A stretch of DNA of 64,000 bases, from contig JBDRRP010000129.1 in the NCBI GenBank assembly GCA_043825735.1, forward strand, positions 1 through 64,000, in the 5' to 3' direction. The position numbers and the translations under genes are program-made. The notes beneath the pieces were generated by a model. The model saw only the letters and a program-made list of their open reading frames with translations. It ran no database searches and was not told the origin of the DNA. This document shows, one piece after another, positions 18,717-26,716 of this stretch; the first letter of the stretch is position 1; every line of letters begins with the position of its first letter. The DNA comes from Pseudomonadota bacterium (GTDB lineage: Bacteria > Desulfobacterota > Desulfobacteria > Desulfobacterales > JBDRRP01).

Positions 18717-21122
18717 ATGCCCGCCAGTCACGCCACCCGTGCAACCTTGCGGCTGGTAACGCCCTCTGAAAGCCCTCACGGCCTCCAGCGTCTTCGCTCA
18801 CTGCTGGAAATCCCGGAAACCCCATCGGCAATGATCGCGGCCCTGCCGTTTGTCTCCGAAGACGCCACGGCGGGGATGGAAAATGAATGGCAGGCCGCCG
18901 TACAGGGAGCATCTGATGCCGTGGATCTTCCCTTGAGCATCAAAAACGCCAGTTATTATGGCAACCTCGTAAAAAAGGCAGCCGCCGGGGATACGGCACG
19001 ATCCAAAGTCACTGAATTGGAGTCATTTCTCACGAGCAACACCGACGGCATCTGGGAGAACAGTTGGGTCCGACTGCCGCTGTCTTCGCTCACCGCCGGG
19101 GCCATGGAAGTCTTTGAAAAGGATTTAATGGCCGACAAGCGCGACCCCGGGGCCGGTCGCCGCACCGACGCAGACCGCTTTTACTGCCGGCTGAATGGCG
19201 AGGCGGCCCTGCGCATCCCCATCAGCTATCTGCTCAAACTCGCACTGGCCGATGTCGTCACCACCGCCGGGGTCCCGCCCCTGATCGCCGATACCGGCCT
19301 GGGATTGCTGGAGCATTTTCTCAGTGACAACACCTCCCCTGAGGTGACGTCTTTTGCGCCGGTGGTACTCAGCACTGAAAGCGGCATGGGCACGGCACTG
19401 GTGCATGAGGCCTCCCGGCGCACCGTGCTCAGTCAGCTCCTGCTGCAGTACGCCAACCGGAAATTCGGCCTGAACGCCAGCGGCCAGCATGCCATCCTGT
19501 ATGCCTCCCCCCAGCCGCCGCTACGCCAGAAACGCCTCAACGATCTGGTATCGGACGCGTTCTACCGGGAACTGTTCATGAGCCCCTGTCTGTCGGGCTG
19601 GGACTGCGGTGAAACCAAGCACCGGTATATGGCGCTCTGCCACCAGGTACTTTCCCGCAGCCAGCTCAATGCCGTGGGCAAACTCAAGGAGGCCGGCATC
19701 ATCACCAACAATCTGGTGGTGCTGCCCAACACGTCGAGCACATGCCTTTCAAACAACGGGGTCCACATCTCCCTGGGCAGCCGCAAGCTGGGTCGTCTGC
19801 TGGCCGGTGGCAGCGGCTTCGGACCTCAAGAGGAAAAATACCTGGGTGATCTGACCCTCAAAATCATGGAACATTTCCTGCCGCTCATGGTGGGCACCTA
19901 CAGCGCCGCCCCGTATCGGCTCGATTTTGAAGATTTCCATCCCGAAAAAGCGCTGGGATTTTTACCCCACGAGCTGGAATTCACCCATCTGAGGATGCTC
20001 TGGCGCCGATGGAAGAAAAAGGCGGACCTGAACTGTTTCGGCCGCCCCCTGACGCCGTTCGGCCCGCTGTGGCTCGACCAGATCATCGCCCGGGGGTTTC
20101 GACTCAGAGGAGATCTGGTCACCGATTTTCGCATCATCGACTACCTGGTTGCCGTGCTGGGCACCGAAGAGAACCCTTCCATGGACGGCACGCTGGGCAA
20201 CGACCGCCGGCTCAAGCAGGATCTGGCCGCCAGCGGGGTCTTCGACCCGGCCATGCCGCTGTACCTGCCGGTGCGCAACCGCCCCTTTGCCGATTATGGC
20301 TACTCCGGTTTCGAGGCCCGCTATTACAGCCAGTTTTTCGAACCGGGGGCCGATCTGCGTCACGCTGTGAATCTCCAGGCGCTGGTTGCCGCGCTGGCCT
20401 ATCGGTACGCCCTGAGCGGCGCGTGCACCCATCTCACCATCCCCGATTCGCCGTTTATCGAAAGCGAACGCCGGCAGGTCCTGTTCGGCGCGGCCATCGG
20501 CATTCCAACGTTTTACGTACGAAAAGACACCCGCAACCATTTTATCCGGCGGGTTGTCGAAAAAACCTCAGGCACCCGCCAGAGCCGGCGCTACGCCGGC
20601 TATATCCGTGTGCTTCAGTCCGAGTACAAGCGGGCGCTGCTCGACGTGCTGCGCACCGACGGTGCCGATCTCATCGAAGCCATGGGGCTGGACGGCACCA
20701 TCAGTGATCTCTCCCGCCGCCTTTCATCCGAAGGTGACTGGGCCTCCAGCCGGCTGGTGGACGGCATCCTGGAGACCGCCGGCGCCAAAAACGCCATGGC
20801 CATGCCGGCGGCTGTATTTAACGCTGCCGCGGAAACCTATTATCGACAGGACTTGAAACGACGCCACCTGGCGCAAGCGCTGAAAGACGTGTGCGCCGAC
20901 GCCGACGCCCTGGATGACTGGCAGACCTGGCGTGAAGGCTATTTCAACCAAAGCCTGCTGGAACTGCTCGACGGGCGCAGCGCCCGGCAAACCGTGGAAA
21001 TGCACCAGGCGGCCATCCTCGACGAAACCGTTCCGCCCGCACACTTGACCACCCTCATACAACTCATCCTGCTTTGCATTCACAAGGATGCGCGCGACAG
21101 CCTGGAGCGCGGCAAATCATGA
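18717..21122 (+). CDS. Uncharacterised ~800-aa protein, putative carboxylate-amine ligase (GCS2/YbdK-like fold)
   Basis: Long ORF, AAAGGA RBS before ATG 18717; ordered motifs TAGMENE, SDNTSPE, NNGVHISLG, FLPLMVGTYSAAPY, R...GFEARY, ESERRQVLFG parallel GCS2 motifs. CDS is secure; function is inferred. Confidence 0.7.
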   Translation: MPASHATRATLRLVTPSESPHGLQRLRSLLEIPETPSAMIAALPFVSEDATAGMENEWQAAVQGASDAVDLPLSIKNASYYGNLVKKAAAGDTARSKVTELESFLTSNTDGIWENSWVRLPLSSLTAGAMEVFEKDLMADKRDPGAGRRTDADRFYCRLNGEAALRIPISYLLKLALADVVTTAGVPPLIADTGLGLLEHFLSDNTSPEVTSFAPVVLSTESGMGTALVHEASRRTVLSQLLLQYANRKFGLNASGQHAILYASPQPPLRQKRLNDLVSDAFYRELFMSPCLSGWDCGETKHRYMALCHQVLSRSQLNAVGKLKEAGIITNNLVVLPNTSSTCLSNNGVHISLGSRKLGRLLAGGSGFGPQEEKYLGDLTLKIMEHFLPLMVGTYSAAPYRLDFEDFHPEKALGFLPHELEFTHLRMLWRRWKKKADLNCFGRPLTPFGPLWLDQIIARGFRLRGDLVTDFRIIDYLVAVLGTEENPSMDGTLGNDRRLKQDLAASGVFDPAMPLYLPVRNRPFADYGYSGFEARYYSQFFEPGADLRHAVNLQALVAALAYRYALSGACTHLTIPDSPFIESERRQVLFGAAIGIPTFYVRKDTRNHFIRRVVEKTSGTRQSRRYAGYIRVLQSEYKRALLDVLRTDGADLIEAMGLDGTISDLSRRLSSEGDWASSRLVDGILETAGAKNAMAMPAAVFNAAAETYYRQDLKRRHLAQALKDVCADADALDDWQTWREGYFNQSLLELLDGRSARQTVEMHQAAILDETVPPAHLTTLIQLILLCIHKDARDSLERGKS

Positions 21123-22135
21123 ATCTTCACCCCCATCAATTCATCGACCGCGGCAGCGGCCGGGTCGTGACCGAGCGGCTGGTGGCCGACCGGATCATCG
21201 CCGCCCTGTACACCGGCGTCCGCGAAAAAAACCCGTGGCTGTTCAATGCGCTCACCTCGTCCCGGGGATCCCGGCTGCTGGGGTATCTCAACTACGACAT
21301 CCAACTGCCCGGCGGCCGCCGACGCATCACGCGCCTGATGCAGCGAATGGGCATCAGTGCACACGAGTGCCTCGACGATCCCGCCGGCTTCAAAACCGCC
21401 CGCGAGCTGTTCGAGCGCCGCATCCCCTACTGGCACTGCCGTCCCATGCCGACGGATACCGGCGCGGTGGTTTCCCCGGCGGATGCAAAGATGCTGGCGG
21501 GCAACCTCAAGGAGCACCCGCAGATCCGGATCAAGGAAAAGTTCTTCTGCCTGGAGGAGCTGCTGGGCCGTGACAAACAGCAATGGCTTGCGGCGTTCGC
21601 CGACGGCCCCTTCGCCATCTTCAGACTCACGCCCGACAAATACCACCACAATCACGTTCCCGTCGATGGCCGGGTAGCCGACATTTATGACATTGCCGGT
21701 CGGTACCACTCCTGCAATCCCGGCGCGGCGGTCCAGTTGGCATCCCCGCTGTCCAAAAACCGCCGGGTGGTGACCGTCCTCGACACCGACGTCGCCGGCG
21801 GCACCGGTGTGGGTTTTGTGGCCATGATCGAGATCGTCGCACTGATGATCGGGGACGTGGTGCAGTGCTACAGCGCCAGCAGGTATGACGCGCCCGAGCC
21901 GGTGCGTGCCGGGATGGTGCTGAAAAAAGGCCAGCCCAAAAGCCTTTTCAGGCCCGGCAGCTCATCGCTCGTGCTGATCTTCGAAAAGGACCGGATCCGG
22001 TTCGACGCGGACATCATCGAAAACCTGCGCCGCGGCCACGCCGCCAGCCGCTACGCCCTGGCCTTTTCCCACCCTCTGGTGGAAACCGACGTCGCCGTGC
22101 GAACGCGCATCGCCGTGAGGAGAAAACCGTCATGA
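21119..22135 (+). CDS. Phosphatidylserine decarboxylase-family proenzyme
   Basis: VVSPADAK, FRLTPDKYHHNHVPVDG, KNRR, EIVALMIGDV, FRPGSSSLVLIFE (GS cleavage site); ATGA overlap with the upstream stop. Confidence 0.88.
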   Translation: MNLHPHQFIDRGSGRVVTERLVADRIIAALYTGVREKNPWLFNALTSSRGSRLLGYLNYDIQLPGGRRRITRLMQRMGISAHECLDDPAGFKTARELFERRIPYWHCRPMPTDTGAVVSPADAKMLAGNLKEHPQIRIKEKFFCLEELLGRDKQQWLAAFADGPFAIFRLTPDKYHHNHVPVDGRVADIYDIAGRYHSCNPGAAVQLASPLSKNRRVVTVLDTDVAGGTGVGFVAMIEIVALMIGDVVQCYSASRYDAPEPVRAGMVLKKGQPKSLFRPGSSSLVLIFEKDRIRFDADIIENLRRGHAASRYALAFSHPLVETDVAVRTRIAVRRKPS

Positions 22136-23172
22136 GCAACCTGCTGTTTATCGCCACCGCAGCCACCCTCATCGGCGCGATGCTGGCCTGGAGTTTTCGC
22201 CACCTGACCCGCGAGCGCTGGCAGTTCGTCGGTGCAATTCCGACGCGAAAATGCGCCGACGGCGCCTTTGACGGCGTCAACCTCACCTACTATGGCCTGC
22301 TCAACGCCAACGCATACGTCCTGGCGACCGCCGTCGCCGTGATCGCGTTGGGAGCCATGGGCATTCCGCTGGCCGTGAGCGCGGCCATCCTGGCGGCCAT
22401 GCTCGGGTGCTGCATGCCCGCCGCCAGAATCATCGCCCGCATCGTCGAAAAAAAACGCTTCACCTTCAGTGTCGGCGGGGCCGCTTTCGTCGGCATTCTC
22501 ATCGTCCCATGGATCGCCTTGGCTGCCGGACGGATGTCGAAAGCCGAGGTCGATCCACTGGGCGTAATGGCGGCGGTCGCCATTGCCTACGCCTTCGGCG
22601 AGGGGGCCGGTCGCCTTGCCTGCATCAGTTTCGGTTGCTGCTACGGCCGCCCGGTGGCGTCCCTTCCCGGGCCCCTCAAGGGGATATTCAGGCGCTTTCA
22701 CTTCGTCTTCCGGGGGGAGACCAAAAAATGCGCCTACGCCAGCCGTCTGGACGGCACGCCCGTAGTGCCGGTACAGGCGATCACCGCGGTACTGTACTGC
22801 GCCGCCGGCGTTATCTCTCTCGCGCTCCTGCTCAACGGATATCCCCGGACGGCGATGATCCTCTCACTGGTGATCACCCAACTGTGGCGGTTTTTCTCGG
22901 AGTTTCTCAGAAGCGACTACCGCGGTGACCGCAAAATTTCCGCCTACCAGATCATGGGTCTGGCGGGGATCGCCTACGGGCTGGCCGTTGCCGCTCTGAT
23001 GCCGCCGCAGACCATGCCCCGGCCGGACATCACCGCCGGCCTCGCCCAGCTCTGGGCGCCCGGCCCCATCCTCATGCTCCAGCTCCTCTGGATCGGGGCA
23101 TTTCTCTACACCGGCCGCAGCCAGGTCACCGGCGCCAGCATCCGCTTTTTCGTTCATCAGGACCGGATCTGA
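22132..23172 (+). CDS. Prolipoprotein diacylglyceryl transferase (Lgt)-family membrane protein, divergent
   Basis: Multi-TM; YYGL, GRLACISFGCCYGRP, VPVQ, RFFSEFLR, YQ motifs; ATGA overlap. Confidence 0.8.
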   Translation: MSNLLFIATAATLIGAMLAWSFRHLTRERWQFVGAIPTRKCADGAFDGVNLTYYGLLNANAYVLATAVAVIALGAMGIPLAVSAAILAAMLGCCMPAARIIARIVEKKRFTFSVGGAAFVGILIVPWIALAAGRMSKAEVDPLGVMAAVAIAYAFGEGAGRLACISFGCCYGRPVASLPGPLKGIFRRFHFVFRGETKKCAYASRLDGTPVVPVQAITAVLYCAAGVISLALLLNGYPRTAMILSLVITQLWRFFSEFLRSDYRGDRKISAYQIMGLAGIAYGLAVAALMPPQTMPRPDITAGLAQLWAPGPILMLQLLWIGAFLYTGRSQVTGASIRFFVHQDRI

Positions 23173-23240
23173 CCCTTGGTTGACATCCCGGGGGCTTCAT
23201 AATATCTGTGGCGTCAACTTTACGATCAGGAGGTGACACC

Positions 23241-23486
23241 ATGCCCATATTCGAATTTCGATGCCTCTCGTGCCAGGAGCTTTTTGAAATCCTGCAGATG
23301 GGGTCCTCAGATAGCGTTGAAACCAAATGCCCCAAGTGCGGCGCCGAAACCTTTGAGCGCGTGATGAGCAGCACCAATTTCGCCATGGGTGCCGGCGGCG
23401 GCGGCAAGCCGGCGGTGGCCGCCCAATCGCGCCAGTGCGGGGGCGGCTCCTGCCATTCCTGGAACCTGCCGGGGCACAGTAAATAA
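23241..23486 (+). CDS. FmdB-family zinc-ribbon protein
   Basis: MPIFEFRCLSC...CPKCG; Gly-rich tail with CGGGSC; AGGAGGT RBS. Confidence 0.9.
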   Translation: MPIFEFRCLSCQELFEILQMGSSDSVETKCPKCGAETFERVMSSTNFAMGAGGGGKPAVAAQSRQCGGGSCHSWNLPGHSK

Positions 23487-23608
23487 GCGTTTCGCCGTTC
23501 GTTTTTCTCTGCGCCTCAGCGCCTCTGCGCGAGAAATCTCTTTGGTTTTCTTTGTGTTCTTAGCGCCTTGGCGAGAGTCAATAGCTTGCGAATACCTGAA
23601 AACAGAAA

Positions 23609-23637
23609 CAGGGGCGATCTGCAGCAAATCGCCCCTG
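23609..23637. terminator. Hairpin between convergent genes, probable terminator
   Basis: CAGGGGCGAT/ATCGCCCCTG 10-bp stem. Confidence 0.55.
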
Positions 23638-23680
23638 CCTTATATTTCATCTGCGCAATCATCACCGACAGCCCGGCCGA

Positions 23681-25096
23681 TCAGCTCCCTTCACCGGCGG
23701 CGGTCATCTCCTGGCGGGTCAGCCATCCGCCGCCGAGCGCCTTGTACAGCTTGACATAACCAGTGAAATACTGCTGGCGAAGCTCGGAAAGTTCCAACTC
23801 CACCGAAAAGAGCGTCCGGTCGGCATCCTGCACTTCAAGATAGCTCGTAACCCCCTTGTCATAGCGCTCGGCTGAGAGCGTACCGGCGTTTTTGGCGGCG
23901 GCCAGTTTCCGTTCCACGGCGGCGATCTGCACCCGCAGCGTCTGTACTTCCACGAGCGCGTCCTCGACTTCCCGGAATGCGTTCAACACCGTCTGCTCAT
24001 AGGTGAACAGCGACTGGCGGGTCTTGGCCTCTTCGATGACGACCTGCTGCTTGCCCTTGCCGAAATCGACGATGGGACCCAGCAGCGTGCCGCCGACATA
24101 CCAGGCGCCCCCGCTGGACGTCACCGACCCCAGATCCGTACTGGCCACCCCGAGAAGACCGGTGAGACTGACGGCGGGCAATCTGAGAGCAACGGCGACA
24201 CCGATCTTGGCGGTCTGGGCGTGCAGATCGGCCATGGCAGCGGCGATGTCGGGACGCCGCGTGAGGATGTCGGCCGGGATCCCCAGGGGAATGCCCGGCG
24301 GAAACTGCTGCAGGCGCAGCGGCGCGCCCGTTTCAACCGAGTAGGGAAGACGGCCGACCAGGATGCTCAAGGCGTTTTCGGTGATGGCGATCTGCCGGTC
24401 ATAAAGGGGAATGGCCGCGGCGGCGATCTCCAGCTGGATCTGCGCCTGGTTGAGGTCGATTTCAGGGATGATCCCCTTGTCGAATCGCTGCTGGATGATG
24501 TCCAGGCTCCCCTGCCGCGAGGTCAATGTCCGCTGGGATATCTCCAGCCGTTGATAATAATCAAGAAGCTGATAATAGGTCCCCACCACATCGGCAATAA
24601 GACCGAGCTGCACGGTTCGCACCCCGAACTGCGATGACACCAGGGCGGCCTGGGCCGACTCGGTGGACCGGCGGTAACGACCCCAGAAATCGATCTCCCA
24701 ACTCAGGGCAGGAGCCAGGTACACATTGCTGGTTGTCTCCAGCGAGCGGCTCCGGCCGCTGAAGGTTCCCGAACTGGCGCCGGCTTCGATGTTGATCAGC
24801 GGGTACTGGTCGGCACGGGTGGTGCCCAGATAGGCCCGGGCTTCTTCCAGACGGGCGACGGCCACCTTCACGTCCCGGTTGTTCTCCAGCGCCTGAGTCA
24901 CCAACGCCGCCAGCGCCGGGTCGTTGAACAGATCCCACCAGTTGCGGTTGGCATGGGCCTCCGGGGAGATCTCCCGCCGGTACTGCTCCGGCGCGTCCAC
25001 TTCGGGCGGGGCAAAGTTCGGCCCCATGGCGGCGCAGGCGGGCAGCAGCAATATGAGTAGTAATGGAAGAAAGGCGATACGATCGATTCTATTCAT
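23681..25096 (-). CDS. RND efflux outer-membrane factor lipoprotein (NodT/OprM family)
   Basis: Lipobox LPAC; WWDLFNDPAL, SWEIDFWG, RRPDI, AFREVEDAL, LYKALGGGW; AAGGAG RBS. Confidence 0.93.
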   Translation of the reverse strand: MNRIDRIAFLPLLLILLLPACAAMGPNFAPPEVDAPEQYRREISPEAHANRNWWDLFNDPALAALVTQALENNRDVKVAVARLEEARAYLGTTRADQYPLINIEAGASSGTFSGRSRSLETTSNVYLAPALSWEIDFWGRYRRSTESAQAALVSSQFGVRTVQLGLIADVVGTYYQLLDYYQRLEISQRTLTSRQGSLDIIQQRFDKGIIPEIDLNQAQIQLEIAAAAIPLYDRQIAITENALSILVGRLPYSVETGAPLRLQQFPPGIPLGIPADILTRRPDIAAAMADLHAQTAKIGVAVALRLPAVSLTGLLGVASTDLGSVTSSGGAWYVGGTLLGPIVDFGKGKQQVVIEEAKTRQSLFTYEQTVLNAFREVEDALVEVQTLRVQIAAVERKLAAAKNAGTLSAERYDKGVTSYLEVQDADRTLFSVELELSELRQQYFTGYVKLYKALGGGWLTRQEMTAAGEGS

Positions 25097-25161
25097 GGTA
25101 TTTAAAACCGCTCCTTGAAATCGGTACTTGAAATCGAATTGTGCACATCCATTTGTCTTTC

Positions 25162-26016
25162 TTATCCCCGTCGGGCGCCCTTTCCCGCGAGCCGGAGCAG
25201 CAGGTTGCCCGCCACCTGCCGCCGGTAGCCCGCGCCCGCCCGCACATCGTCGATGGGAGAAACGGCCGCGCGCACAGCCTCGGCCGCCTGTGTCAAGACA
25301 GCGGCGTCCAGGCGGGCGCCGGTCAGGATCGATTCGGCGGCCGGGGCGGTGACTACGGTCGGCCCCACGCTGCCCCAGGCCAAACGAACGGACGCCACGC
25401 GGTCGTCATCGCCGAACCCGACCAGTGCGGCCATGGAAGCCACGGCGCAGGCCAGGGCGCTGCGCCGTCCCACCTTTTCGAAATGCTGGAGTGTAAATGC
25501 CGTCGGCTTGGGAATGTGGACGGCGGCAAGAAGTTCATCCGGGGCCAGGGCAGTTGATCCCGGACCGGTGATGAAATCGCTGAGCGGCATCCGGCGAGCG
25601 CCGTGCCGGGTGCTCAGTTCCACCACGGCACCCAGAACGGTCAGCGGCGGCAGGGTGTCTCCGGCCGGGGATGCGGTGCAGATGTTGCCGCCAAGCGTGC
25701 CGATGCGCCGGATCAGCGGCGATCCGAGCCCGCCAACGGCCGCGGCCAGGACCGGCAGGTCCCGGTTGATCCGGGGATCCTCGAGAATAAGGGCCAGTGG
25801 CGTGGCCGCGCCGATCCGGATATGATCGCCGTCATCGCGGATGCCTTGAAGCGCGGCCAGCCGTTCCAGGCAGATCAGAGCCGGCGGATCGATGGCGCCC
25901 GCCCTCAGGGCCACCAGAAGATCCGTGCCGCCGGCATAGATGCGGGCGCCGGGCGTCCGATCCAGGGCATCCCACAGGCCATCCATCGTTTCTGGAAGCA
26001 CCACCGCTCGGCTCAT
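25162..26016 (-). CDS. Xanthine dehydrogenase-family FAD-binding subunit
   Basis: AGGTDL, GTLGGNICTASPAGD, PIDDVRAGAGYR; ATG 26016 overlaps the upstream stop. Confidence 0.9.
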   Translation of the reverse strand: MSRAVVLPETMDGLWDALDRTPGARIYAGGTDLLVALRAGAIDPPALICLERLAALQGIRDDGDHIRIGAATPLALILEDPRINRDLPVLAAAVGGLGSPLIRRIGTLGGNICTASPAGDTLPPLTVLGAVVELSTRHGARRMPLSDFITGPGSTALAPDELLAAVHIPKPTAFTLQHFEKVGRRSALACAVASMAALVGFGDDDRVASVRLAWGSVGPTVVTAPAAESILTGARLDAAVLTQAAEAVRAAVSPIDDVRAGAGYRRQVAGNLLLRLAGKGARRG

Positions 26017-26483
26017 GGTTCGGTTTTCCTCTTCGCGGCCGCGGCGGCCACCGCATCCACGATCATCTGGTAACCCGTACAGCGGCATAGATTGCCGCTG
26101 AGACCCCGGCGGATGTCGCCGTTGGTGGGTGCCGGGCAGCGGTCAAGAAGATCCACCGCCGAGAGCACCATCCCCGGTGTGCAAAACCCGCACTGCACCG
26201 CGCCGTGGTCCACAAAGGCCCGCTGCACCGGATGGAGCGCCCCGCCCGCACCCAGCCCCTCTATTGTCGTGACCCGGCGGCCTTCGAGCTGGGCGGCCAG
26301 CATCAGGCACGACGGCCGGGCGCCGCCGTCCACCAAAATGGTGCACGCCCCGCACTCACCGGTGCCGCAGCCTTCCTTGGTGCCGGTCAGTGACATCTCC
26401 TGCCGCAGCAGATCCACCACCCGCCGATCGGGATCCGCATCGACTTCCGTCTCCAGGCCGTTCAGGGTAAACCGAATTTTCAT
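26013..26483 (-). CDS. Xanthine dehydrogenase-family 2x[2Fe-2S] subunit
   Basis: GTKEGCGTGECGACT...SC and QCGFCTPG...GNLCRCTGY; GAGGTG RBS. Confidence 0.95.
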   Translation of the reverse strand: MKIRFTLNGLETEVDADPDRRVVDLLRQEMSLTGTKEGCGTGECGACTILVDGGARPSCLMLAAQLEGRRVTTIEGLGAGGALHPVQRAFVDHGAVQCGFCTPGMVLSAVDLLDRCPAPTNGDIRRGLSGNLCRCTGYQMIVDAVAAAAAKRKTEP

Positions 26484-26553
26484 GTGTCACCTCGTTGCTG
26501 GGTCCCGCCGCTGTTCAGGTCCATGACGCTCAGGTTTAGCGTCAAAGACCGGT

Positions 26554-26677
26554 GTCCCCAATGACATTGTGATCACCACGGAGTCACGGAGGGCACGGAG
26601 AAAATCAAAGGCGGTTGATTTTGTTTATAAAATCTCCGTGTCCTCCGTGACTCCGTGGTTCAACATCACTTTGGGAC
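26554..26677. repeat. CACGGAG/CTCCGTG palindromic element between the Mo and FeS subunit genes
   Basis: ACCACGGAGTCACGGAGGGCACGGAGA / TCTCCGTGTCCTCCGTGACTCCGTGGT near-perfect inverted repeat; related copy at 29065-29185. Confidence 0.85.
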
Positions 26678-26716
26678 GAGACCAACTGGCGCTTTCTGCA
26701 TAAGCGTACCGCCTTT

